A stretch of 64,000 nt of DNA from Octopus sinensis (lineage: Eukaryota): the NCBI RefSeq assembly GCF_006345805.1, contig NC_043003.1, positions 43,648,001 through 43,712,000 of the forward strand, in the 5' to 3' direction. The notes beneath the pieces are model-generated. The model was not told the origin of the DNA. It did not search any database and was given only the letters and a program-made list of their open reading frames with translations. A program made the translations under genes and the position numbers. How positions within the stretch are numbered: the stretch's first letter is position 1; every line of letters begins with the position of its first letter. Positions 13,230 to 25,625 of the stretch are shown here, one piece after another.

Positions 13230-14001
13230 AGAAAACGATACCCGTATACATCAAAAAACCTGTTATTAGAGCAAATTAGAAATAGTTTTAAGATTCTGTA
13301 ACATTGGTAAATGTCTTCTGAAAATTAGAATATTACACCAGAATCTATGTAAATGGACCAGTGTGCATTGTATATTAAGAAAGTTTAAATACATGCGTAG
13401 AGGCGTTTCGTCTATCTTTGTATTCTCAGTTCAAATTCCACTAACGTCGACTTTCAGGGGTTGATAAAATAAGTACCAAATGTAATCGACTCACTTCCTC
13501 CCCCGAAATTCCTGACCTTGTGTCAAAATTTGAGGCGAATATAAGAATATAGTTAGTCAATGCTTTCGATCCTGATTTTTGCACTTCTCCATTTCATCTG
13601 GACATATATATATAAATATAAATATGTCTTATTAATTTTTCGTGCACCGCTGAAATTATTGTCCTGAAGGGAAAGGTAACCTTTATTATACCCTCCGCTG
13701 TGCATAACTCTGTTCGCATACAAGAAAGTAAATTCAAAAAGTACGTTATGTTTCTGCATATGAGACTGAATATAAATGGCCGAAGGATTTAAACGATGCA
13801 CTTCATTATTCAATACATGAAAGTTACGTACATAGAAAAAAACGATACCCATGTACATCAAAAATCCTGCTATTACAGCAGATTAGAGATGGTTTTAAGA
13901 TTCTGTAATGTTGGCAAATATCTTCTCAAAAATAGAATATTACACCAAAATCTATGTAAATGGATCAATGTGCATTATATATTAAGAAAGCTTAAATACA
14001 T
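13230..14001 (+). repeat. Diverged direct duplication of about 165 bp (13230-13395 and 13835-14001)
   Basis: aaacgatacc...ttaaatacatg aligns by eye between the two positions; the first copy sits inside a SINE head. Confidence 0.85.
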
Positions 14002-14294
14002 GAATTTCTTTCCCTTCTTCAAGTGTATTGATTACAAACTTCATGCTACATTTCATATTCTTTAAGTGATGTGATGTTTTTCTTGGGTAGTCTTCGAAAC
14101 ATCTTATACTGGATTCAATTTATTCTGAGACTGTTTCAGGTTTGGTCTATCTACAAGCTGTGATATATTTTCTCGATTAGTAAGTAATACTGTACCCTTA
14201 CAAAAAATTCATACACGTACAAGAACACGTCTATGTATGGATATATAATTGTATATAGTCATGTAAGTATGTATATGTGTAGGTATATATATAT

Positions 14295-15050
14295 ATATAC
14301 ATATATATGTATATGTGGCAATTTTTTCCCCTCTGTCCTCCCACCTCGGGGTCTTTCATTCTCCTATGTTTCCGACGAAGAGCTCCGCTCGAAACGTCTT
14401 CCCTTCTTTCCTGAACGTCCAATAATACTTTATTTGTTCCACATCCTCACGTTGTTGTCTTTTTGTTTTCTTGTTTGGATTAACTTATATATACATATAT
14501 ATATACGAACATTAATGTATACATGTGTGTGTATGAGACATCCGACTCGGCAATGACATATCGGTTTCGCGGCAATTCCGCTCTACCGGTTACTCTTTGC
14601 AACACCTGCCCGTGTTCGGATTGTCTTTGCACAGGGGCCATCCGGACGCACTTTTGTGCCGTGAACATGGATTAATGTTCTCTCTTCGCTCCTTTTCGCC
14701 ACATGGGCTCAACCCTCCTCTCCTCTTCATCTAACCTCCTCCCCTCCCCTCTCTCCCCCTCATACCTACTTCCTCCCACCCACCTCTCCTCTCTCGCTCC
14801 GACTCCTACTTTATCTCTGCACTCCTACTCTCATTCTCTCTTCACTCTTACCCACCTTCTCCTTACCCATTCATCGTCACCCATCCCTTGTAAGCCACTA
14901 CACATTCTTTATTTTCTCTCCTTGTTTCTTTGTGTGGAAGAGCGTAAACTCGAAACGTTAAAGACTTTTTCACTTTTTGAGCGTTATAATACTACATCTG
15001 TTTGTTGTCTACAGTACCTCTCTTCGTCTTTTGTTTTTTTTGTGAATTCT
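14295..15050 (+). mobile_element. Penelope-like fragments: pLTR-like segments with HHR relics flanking a GIY-YIG C-terminus
   Basis: 14540-14720 translates as RLGNDISVSRQFRSTGYSLQHLPVFGL...REHGLMFSLRSFSPHGLN; HHR-core relics CCGACGA-AGAGC(TCC)GCTC-GAAA at 14372-14394 and ..GGAAGAGCGTAAACTCGAAACGTTAAAGAC at about 14930-14965. Confidence 0.7.
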
Positions 15051-15145
<95 letters not shown>

Positions 15146-15167
15146 TGTGTGTATGTGTGTGTGTGAG

Positions 15168-15396
15168 GTGCAATGGCCCAGTGGTTAGGGCAGCGGACTC
15201 GCGGTCGTGCGATTGCGGTTTCGATTCCCAGACCGGGCGTTGTGAGTGTTTATTGAGTGAAAGCACCTAAAGCCCCACGATCTCCGGCAGGGGATGGTGG
15301 CGAACCCTGCTGTACTCTTTCGCCACAACTTTCTCTCACTCATTCTTCTGTTGGCTAAAACAATGCGACATCTGATAGCCTGGTCGGTCACGTGAT

Positions 15397-15404
<8 letters not shown>
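15168..15404 (+). mobile_element. tRNA-derived SINE head fused to a second repeat tail (ggctaaaacaatgcga...ggtcacgtgatcacgtgat; also at 18928-19048)
   Basis: A box tggcccagtgg, B box ggtttcgattccc; tail shared with 18928-19048. Confidence 0.7.
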
Positions 15405-15446
<42 letters not shown>

Positions 15447-15667
15447 TATACATATATATATGTATATGTATATAAATGTATACATGCATGCATATGTTTG
15501 TATCTGTACGTGTGTAAGAATAATCAGAGGATGGTCACCAATGGTGTAGTCGATATAGATGTTAGGATTGCGTTTAATGACTAGATTAAGACGGATATTC
15601 ACTGTTATAGAAGGAGAGATGTAATGCATTGCATTCTTCCTCATGTGAATAAGAGCGTAATGCGACA

Positions 15668-15726
<59 letters not shown>

Positions 15727-16999
15727 CATACATACACAGTCACTTTATGCTTGCTTTAAAGGACTGACGCGATATCAGTTTTAATATGGCTCCATATCTA
15801 GAGCACATTAAATTTTTACACTGATGTTTCATAGGTAAGCATCTGTAAGATTACGAAGTTACGGATTGGGCTATAAGGTTGGTGGATATATTGTAATAAA
15901 ATTGAAATATTAACAGGAACCACGTTATTGATATTTATAGCCCAGCATTTGTACGCTGTTTTCACTTATTTTATATTATCTAAAACCAATTCATAAGCAA
16001 CATGTAATCGTTCATAATGTGATAGATTTATGAAAATTTCAAATCATTTAAGCTAAAGTGCGATTGAGGGACTCGGTATTCCGCTTCCCGTCATAGTTTC
16101 ACACACACAAACACGTATATTGATATAAGATTCTATTAACATGCATCCATAGATAAATTCTATGCATACATATCAAACATATATCCATTGATAGTAATTA
16201 TCATTGTTACATTGAAGAACATTTTTGCCTCACGTTTTTTTATCGTTTTTTCCTCAACAACCTATACAGCTTGTGCTCATGATATCTCCATTGTGAAGTA
16301 TAATTACAATGTTGGGTGTAATAACTTGTTTGTTATATGCCTGCGTATTTATAAATTTGTTTATAATACAATAATTGTATTATTAATGAACAGCCTCTAA
16401 GCTAATCCTCGAAAGGAGATCTATACTTAACTCTTTGCATACATCACTATGTTAAATATTTATTAAAATGATATCAAGATTAATTATCTCTAAATAGATT
16501 AACAATCATGTTAACTCTATCTCAGTCTTGTATCCTTACAAATGCTTCTGTTGTGCATGAACTGAACGACTGCCAACTTTCTTGAAACGCACACATATAT
16601 ACAAATATATTTATGTGTGCTTGTGTGTGTCTGTGTGTGTGAATTTACGTATATCTGCATACTATTTGCAAACAAGATTATCATTATTTTTCAGTTATGC
16701 TATTTTTGTTATTTCATTCAATAACTGAGATTTAGATATTTTACAGTTAAACAGTTGCTTTTGCGTTTTCTGTTGCATTGAAAATATTCTCTCTTTTTCA
16801 GACAGTGTGGTCAATTTGGTTGCTGAACTCCTCCTTAGATTTGTTATTTTTTACTCATTCTTCAGTCATACCTAACAATTTAGATCTAGTCCCTTCCTTC
16901 TGTCCTGCTATTCTGGTTTTCGTTAATTATTTATGTCTTTATATATGGATAATCCCTTCATTCTCTGATAAATGGCGTTATTTTCTGATGGGACTGATG

Positions 17000-18230
17000 C
17001 ATCCATTTGACGGTACTGCGATTCAACATATTCCTTGGTAACAATGTCCTGTCATTTAAGATTTATTTGCCTGTATGTATGGATTTAAAAATGCCAGTGT
17101 TTGATCGTTATTGGCATTCTGCGTAACATTTATACCCCCATTTTTCGGTCGGTAATTAATAATACTCACATAACTTCAAGATTATAAGAAACCCAAATCT
17201 ATCAGGTTTCTGAAAATAGTAACTTTTGACTGAAACTGCATAACCAAAGAGAATGTTGTTAAATTTACCCATACTCTAAGTTTATATAGTTATTTCATGA
17301 AATCTGCTTCAGCGCATACTTTAGTTAGCTTCCTTTAGAAAAGCTTTGATCTTGTACGGCAGTCAAGAATATTTCTTTCTCAACTTTGATTCCTGCACTT
17401 TTCTGCCGGTAGCCAGTGTTTTTATTTTCTTTCTGTATTTCCATTCTGTTCAGTTTTGCTTTTTTTTATGGGGAAGTTGAAGGTGTTGTCCACGTTTCTT
17501 AACATCACTTTAGCATGACATACAGTGGCACTTAATTTTAGCATAGTTTTTACGTTCTCTGCACAACTTCTGCTGTTTCTGGTGTTTTCTTTTTACAGTT
17601 GCATGTCATTTCATCCTTCGATGCTTTCTTGAAGACGAAAAAAGAACTTTGATTTGTGTTTTGTAGCTATTTATAATTACTTTTATATTATTCATCAATA
17701 GCTATTTTGTAGTCCTATAATAGATTCCATATAACATAAGAACCTTATATCCTTGCATTTATATGAATATAATCTTTCAACGTCAGGTTTTCTGTGGTGC
17801 ACTCTAAATGCCGTTATTATTTAGTTATTGTTGACTAAATATTTGTCTTGTTTTGTTTTTTCGGTCTCAATCTTGTGAGTCCATTAGCGTCTTCTTGAGA
17901 ATACTACGCATGTTGCGGGAAAAGCTAGCGTATTGATGCTAATTCTTTCAAGTATAAATCTAATATTCGATAATTTACTTTCTTAACGAATTCTTTTTCC
18001 ATTTGCGAATGTTGTACACTCTCAAGTTCAGTGATTCCTAAGTGGAGGTAAGTCTCAGTTCTACGTATTCGTAAGCAGGATAATATATATGTTTATACGT
18101 TTTCTTTAATTTTTGTTTCCTTTCTTTTTGTACGATATTGTATTTTTCAACTCTTTAATGTGGGAATATCTTTAAGTGAGTGTGCAATTTCATTTGAGTA
18201 AACCCCTGGAGGTCAAAGAGTCCGACAACC
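17000..18230 (-). mobile_element. Decayed R4/Dong-like LINE, RT C-terminal region
   Basis: Frameshifted YLG, INTLAFP, KIxRKTR-like and AFRVHHRKPDVERLY motifs. Confidence 0.6.
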
Positions 18231-18426
18231 CTACGGCTTTGTTTTTATACATGCAGATAACTTTCTTTCAAACACTTAGCGAGCTGTAAACATAAAACCA
18301 CGTAAACGCCCGCTTTTTCGCTATCCAATGGGTAGTTACGTGATCTAGTACCTACTGAGGCCTACTCGCGATTTGAAAGAGTGGGAATTTTGCTCTCAAT
18401 ACACAGATCATAGCATTTAGTTAAAT

Positions 18427-18510
<84 letters not shown>

Positions 18511-18514
<4 letters not shown>

Positions 18515-18796
18515 TAAAGGCTCCCAAATAAGGAAGCAAGTGCTAGAAACACAAAGAGGGATAAATTCATCAAAGGAATGAAAATTAAAAATATTTACCA
18601 TTATAGATTTATCCCAGACTGATCAGTTTCTACCTCTTTCTAGCAAAACATACAGAATATGTTTGCCCAGGCAAGGTTCGTCAGTAGGTAGCCTTCTAAA
18701 TCTTAGATGCACAGAACGTTAGAGCATATGAATTTGATGAATTTATCCCTCTTTGGGTTTCTAGCACTTGCTTCCTTATTTGGGAGCCTTTATTAT
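18511..18796. repeat. 286-bp foldback: 64-bp inverted arms (18511-18574 / 18733-18796, 1 mismatch) around a 158-bp spacer
   Basis: Direct reverse-complement comparison; the spacer has an HHR-like relic on the minus strand (CTGACGA at 18684-18678). Confidence 0.9.
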
Positions 18797-18896
18797 ATTT
18801 CTATACGAAAAATATATTGTCTAATGACTAATTCTTCGTTTGTGCTAGGCCACTGGTAATAATAACTTATGTTATTACCCTTTTTAATTATGTTTA

Positions 18897-18932
<36 letters not shown>

Positions 18933-19999
18933 CCTGCTCCCTTAGCCAGCGGGGTGGTGTTATTCGAAGGCTAAAACGATGCGAACGCATTGTGACCAGC
19001 GATGTGTAACAACATCTGATGGTCTGGTCGGCCAGGTGGTCACGTGATATATATATATATATCAGTTATCACCACTATGCTTATGGAGCCTTACAATTCT
19101 AGGGAATACTACGGAACCTATTTTAGTATCGAGTTATTTGCTCTCAGCTTTCTTTCATACAAATTTTTACGATTTAGGGATAAGATTTTGTTCGTCAGCA
19201 AATGCTGCTTCTAGCCCTATGAACAATGCATCATCTCTTCTTACATTTATGAAACAGATAATTGCTTTTGTTTTTAGATGCAATATTTTTGTACTCAATG
19301 TCTTGTTGTATACAGGGTGGTAAGTTGTTGTATTTATAACTTTCAAGGTCTAGTGATTCTTTCTATATTTTTCATGATAATAGCATTTATACATTATTTA
19401 CATTATTTAGGTTATTTACATTCGACGGACAATTGCTCATCTCTTAAATATAGAACTGTAATAGCACTTATATTCTCAGTTATCCAGTCAGATGATACGT
19501 ATCACTACGTTACTGTGTTAGTAATATCTCTGTTTCAGCCTTACATCTTCTTGTTAAAGATTTTAAATCAGAAGTGTGAGATAACACTATAACCTGAAGC
19601 ATACCGATTATTTGAACTTTTTCGATGCTGGTTACTTGTTTTTATAGCCTCAAAAGTTTTAGGTGTTGTTCTTGTTTTGAATAATATCGACTTTGGTGAT
19701 TCATTTTTTAGCACAATATTTCCCATTATTCTTTTTAGTTCATCCTTTCCCATTATCCTTCACTTAATCTTGGAGATGCATTCTATCTACAATAATTTTT
19801 TATATATATATTTCTTGCTACTTCGAGTCCGAATGTTCGATTTGTTCAAAAATACATGGCATTTCATATCGAAAGATTTTTCCAATTCGGTGGGTACTCT
19901 TCTTTTGAGGATTTCTTTGAGTTTTTATATATACATACACACACGAGCGCACACTCATACGTATTTATAAACTTTTGTGATGGTTGCTCCCTCGTTATC

Positions 20000-20740
20000 G
20001 AGTATGGCCATTCCACGAAGCTTACCTGTTATTGGTGCTGTGACCGAATGGGACTTTTTTGCCCAGTTAAAGATCTATAATGTCTTGTACAGAATTGGCA
20101 GCTAAAACCTTTACTGGCGATAACCGATTGTAGTTGTAAATATGCTTCATGTACCTTTGCATATCGTTTAAATCCTCCAGCCGAATTACACTCTCTTCCA
20201 CATGCCTGACAGATATGATTAGTATGGTGTGTAACACCACCACCAGTAGCCATTTTGTCACTCATTTGTCTCGCTTTATGACTACGAAGATGACTCTTGT
20301 GTCCAGCTTTACTGAGGCATGGTCTTGCACAGACGCTGCATGTCAGCATCATAGGAAAACCCTTCCCATCTGGAAATGTAACAGCGATGACCTTCCTGAC
20401 CTCCTTAATGACCTCCTTAATTTCTCATGCGCAAATCGAGATTTCTCAAAGAAGCTGTGTCCTCGTGCACAATCCTTCTCCACCTGCTACGATCAATAGC
20501 TATGCCCACCCATGTGTCAGGAGAGATGCAAGCCTCTCTTAAGGAAGCCTTCAGCAAGTCCTTATACCTTTTTTTTGGTTCATGTTGAGCCGCTCTCCTT
20601 AAGCTAACTCTCCATAAAAGAATTGTTTTGGCATCCATGAATCCTTCATCCTAACCAGATGACCACTCCATCTGAGCTTTTGCTTTAACACAAGAGCATC
20701 TATACTTTCGCACCGAGAGCTTTCCATTCTCAACCAAAAC
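20000..20740 (-). mobile_element. RTE-clade LINE 3' end with C-terminal C2H2-like zinc fingers
   Basis: PKKRYKDLLKASLREACISPDTWVGIAIDRSRWRRIVHE (RTE signature), then CSVC..HLRSH, CQAC..YAKVH and CQFC..PIRSQH. Confidence 0.8.
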
Positions 20741-20910
20741 TGTCCGACGAACAGTTATAGTTCTTGTGTTGCCTTTGCAGGTTTATTAATAGAAAATATT
20801 ACTCTACCTCCCGTATTCGAGTACTAATTTTTCCACCTTGTTTCATATTTATGTGCTTACTCTGCTGTAAATACACATATGTATATACGTATGCACATTT
20901 GTACATATGC

Positions 20911-20981
<71 letters not shown>

Positions 20982-21137
20982 CACGGCTACTCCACATTGG
21001 AAGGGGGAAATACCTCGAAGCTAGTCCTAAAATGTTCTTTATGATAAAATTAGTTTAGCATTTTCTTCTTTGCCTTATTTTCTTTATGTATATTATGCAT
21101 ATAAATGTATATACATACTATAATTATATACGTAAGT

Positions 21138-21193
<56 letters not shown>

Positions 21194-21275
21194 GGAGTAA
21201 CCACATAAATGTGAAACAAGGTGGAAAAAAGAGTACTCAAATACCAGTGGTAGAGTAATATGCTTTAAATAAAGT
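20735..21275. repeat. Inverted copies of a pLTR-like repeat (about 20735-20870 and 21190-21275) around microsatellites
   Basis: ttactctacc..gagtact..ttttccaccttgtttca.atttatgtg.ttactc occurs in both orientations; the left copy starts with CCGACGA. Confidence 0.7.
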
Positions 21276-23112
21276 ATATATATATATTTGTATATGCACA
21301 CATATATACATACATACATACATACATACGTACGTACATACATACATACATACATACATACATACATACATACATACATACATACATACATACATACACA
21401 TGTATGCTTTCTTTGTTCTTCTTTTAACCTTTTCAAGTTGTGCTGATGTCATATTTTATACGGATTTAGAGATAGAATACATTCCGTTATTTAGCTGTTT
21501 CCGTATTCTTTACGTGGTAGTTGATATTCTTATGTGTGCAAATTTGAGAACCGTCTCCTTTTCTTGGCAAACACAGCTGCTGCTCTACGCGTTCTTATGT
21601 TCTCGCTAGTTCTGTAATGGCCGAAGGTATTAATTTTAAATTTATTACTATGATGATGACGATGATGATCATGATAATAATGTCCATAAGACTGTCGTTG
21701 TCATTATTAGTAGAAGTAGAATTATCATTAATATTATTGCAATTCTCCAGCTCCTTCTCCTCCTCCTCCTCCTCCTTATTATCATCATCATTGTAATCAT
21801 CAACCTCATAGTCTATAGCATGATCGTAGTAAAATATACCTTGTAATATTTCTCGCTGTTTTTTTTATTTTCATGACTCCAACATCGAAGAAATGATGTA
21901 CCAGTCAAGTTACTGGATGGTTTTATCGGCTAACATCTTCCTTTAAATATTTCTACCCGAACCGAGGACAACACATATGAGTACATTCCTCTGGACACCA
22001 GCCCTAACGTGTAAACATATAGGGACAGTAACAATAAGAAAGGTTGTAAACTATAGAAATATTTGTAAATACTGACTATAGTATGAGTAATAACTCTTGC
22101 TAAGGTTTTCATTAACAGTCAGTATCATAATATAATATGAAATATATTTAATCGGAAATTAAGGCATTCTAGCGTATGGCTGGAAGGAGTGTAACTCCCT
22201 GCCTGAATAATTTATCATTGAATAAGGAAGGAGGAAAACAAAATACCTCTGCCTAACAAAAATATAGAATAACGCTTATTATGTCCCAAAAAGAACAGAT
22301 GTTGGAAGTACCAGAAAGATTGATCAGTAAATGTGACAACGATAAACGACTCTGAGGTGCTTATCCACATTTAATTATGGAAGACGAATCGCAAAGTAGA
22401 ACAATACATGTCCATAAGCGCACACCGGAATACATGGGACCTGAAAATCCAAATCTGCGAATCTGGGTACCTTTAAGTGTAACTGAAACAGGGAACGTCA
22501 GTGATAGACAATGATGAACGGTAACAAGATAAGCAACGCGTGTGCGTTCCAGAGATTGCTTTTTTGGCCAGGCTGAGAAATTAAATTTTCTGCAATGACG
22601 AAATTCATCATGTCGTATCTGGTGACGTAGCCGGGCTACTCTTCCTATCCTCAGGCGAAGTTGAGGGTAAAATGAGTCAGCAGTGAGAGTATTGCAAGAA
22701 ATAATAGAAAGTGTATAACTGCTGCAATTGATATTGCAACAGAATGCTAGAACTATAAAGTCACTCAATTGTAACCTGAGAGAATATCAACAATCACTTA
22801 CTTAAGGCTAGAGCTGAAACGTGAGAAATTGCAAGGTAGTATTTTAGTAAAGAACACACTGGAGATCTACTCATATTTGAAAATATATATGCTCGAGTCT
22901 GATGGGATCTTCAAGTATCGACTTATTAAATATGATTATCCGTGCATTTAGTTGACCTTTACAGAATACAATTGAGAAGACGATATGTTAAGGTGAGCTC
23001 AGTGCCACCAACCAACTAGGAGTGTATGCGTGTTTAGGCGAGTAGTAAATGAGTTTCCTTTGGTTTAATATATATATATATACACAATCACATATACACA
23101 CATGCTCATCTC

Positions 23113-23143
<31 letters not shown>

Positions 23144-24296
23144 AACGTACACACAAATACATATATACTATTGTTATGTATATCTATATGGTTATTGTGC
23201 TTATAATCATATAACATTCCACGTTCTTGTGTAACGTCTTATAAAATCTTTTTTCATTTTGAAAGAAATGGCCTGTTGGGAAAAATATTACTATTGTTAT
23301 TGATGTTGTTGATTGTTTTTTATTTGTTCTTCTTGACTATATCGCTGATCTGTCATTTTCACAAATAGTGAGTTATAACGAGTTATCATGGATTCTTTGG
23401 GATTCAATCATGAACTCAGTTTTCGAGTAGTGGCCTGTAGTTAATGATAGTCCAATTTCCTGCAATCCCTTTGTTCGAATGTCGATCAGAATTTTCTTTT
23501 TCTATGATTATATTTTCTTCATGGTTGTACCAACGATGCTCTTACTAACAGCATATATTCATTTCTTTTACGCCTCACAACATTGCAATTTTTCAAATTT
23601 TTGTATTTCTCAATGACTTCTGTTTCACAGATTCTGTTGACACTGGTGGGGTGCACAACAACTAAACGTGCATTAAATTTCGTTTTTCGTGAAAGCTATG
23701 AATGTCTGGTATTTGTATATGTATTAGTTTATCATACAGAATTTTGATATACGACAAATTAATATGCCTAAGGCTTTAAAGTGATTCAATGTAGCTTCTC
23801 AGCTCTGTCTGATGTATATTACTCTGGTTGATTTCATCGAACAATGAATGCGATATTCAAATAAGTCCCATTGTATTCTCTTCGTGCAATTTTACAATGT
23901 TTCTTTACTATGGTTTTACAGAGAGCGGTAGTTCTTTCATGACGCGGTTTAACGCTCCAGTTCCAAAGTTTAAATTTGATATTAGGATCTAGTCACATTT
24001 CATTCGCTTTTCCACAATAATAATCAGAGTTTTGTGAAGTCGTTCATTCATTGTTTTTCACTCTGTTCTGATTCTCTTCCATCATTCATTCTTATGAATC
24101 GTCTTCACACTTGACCACAGAAGAGACACGTACACTAAGAACGGGTCTTATCGCCAAGTTGCCTAAATTATTCTTTTCTACAGTTAAAACTTTCTCATAA
24201 TATACCAAACACATTGTTTTGTTTCTTTCTTAGACAGTTCAAGCTATGCACGTTACACATCGAGTGCAATGCCAAATTGTTAGATCTTCCTTACTT

Positions 24297-25625
24297 TTCA
24301 ATTCAATTCAATTCAATTTTTATTGGCTCAAAAAGCAAAAGCAAGGCCATGTAGGAGGACAGGGAGTTATGTAAAGGGAGGGTGGTCATACAAAGAGTTC
24401 ATGCCATTTCTGGTCAAGAGAGACTTTGAACCGAGCGGTCGTCGGCATCTTCACTATCTCTTCCTGCAGCTTATTCCACGGATCCGCGACCCGGATGGAG
24501 AAAGCCCCACTCCTTCGATTGAGATGAAATCATCGTAGATAGAGCTTTTCGGAGTGATTCCACAGCTCACGCTCTGAAGCAGGTGTGAAGAACAGCTCTT
24601 TCGAGAGGTTACACTTTCCGCTTATGATGTTGTTAGCGAGAATGAGATCACCACGGCGTTGTCGTTTTTCGAGAGAATAAAGGTCGAGCGTTTTCAGCCA
24701 TTCTTCATAAGACAAATGCTTGAGACAAAGGACCATGCGGGTAGCCAGCATCTGGACTCTTTCGAGATGATGTACGTCTTTGAAGAGAGAAGGAGAAGAG
24801 GCTTGAATCCCGTGTTCCTATATGGGTCTCACCAGCGTGACATAGAGCGGTAGGAATATGGCTGCTGTGAGCATTCCGAATGACCGTCGAATCAAAAACA
24901 GAACACCGCGTGCTTTATTGGCAGCATGGACGCGTTGGGCCGAAGGCGAAAAAGAAGAATCCACCAAGATACCCAGGTCCTTTACTTGGTCGGTCCTCTC
25001 CAGCAGCAGACGACTCGGCGCGAAATCAAGTTCAGTTGCAGGAGAGGAGCCAGTAGGCAGATGACAGCACTTTGACACGTTCAGACACAGGTCCCATTCG
25101 TTTGACCATCTCCAAACTTGGTGGAGACATCGATGAAGATCATCTATTTCACTGTGAGGAGCGACCAGTTTGACATCGTCGGCAAGTAGAAGGGTGTGTT
25201 GCGTGAGGTTGTCGGGCAATGATTGATGAAGACTAAAAACTATAATGGCCCAAGCACTGAGCCTTGAGGCACGCCACTGCTCGCACTGAAGACGTCGGAC
25301 AGCGAACCATTAACTTGAGCTTGGAAGGAGCGATCTGAGAGGAAGGCACCAACCCATCGTACAATATCTGGATGGAAACGATATGCTTGAAGCTTGACAA
25401 GTAATAGGCGGTGGTTAACCGAGTCAAAAGCTTTGGCAAAGTCCAATAAGACGATGAGAACAGCATCACCATCATCCAGGATACGCGTCACCAATTCTTC
25501 TATTACCAGTAAGTTGATCAAGCATGATCTCTTCGGCACGAAGCCGTGTTTGGAATCAGAGATAGAGGCTGTGTTTTGGAGGTGGAGCAACATAAAATTC
25601 ATATATTTAATCATGCTTGTCATAA
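24297..25625 (-). mobile_element. CR1/L2-type LINE, 5'-truncated, RT domain to 3' (TTGAA)n tail
   Basis: HGFVPKRSCLINLL, LDFAKAFDSVNH, SGVPQGSVLGPL, LADDVKLV, LNVSKC, DLGILVD, YVTLVRPI; few frameshifts or stops; tail at 24297-24315. Confidence 0.92.

Noticed and set aside
22550-22670. Plus frame with several in-frame TGA codons (selenoprotein idea)
   Set aside because: No recognisable selenoprotein motif or SECIS; the TGA frequency is compatible with chance.
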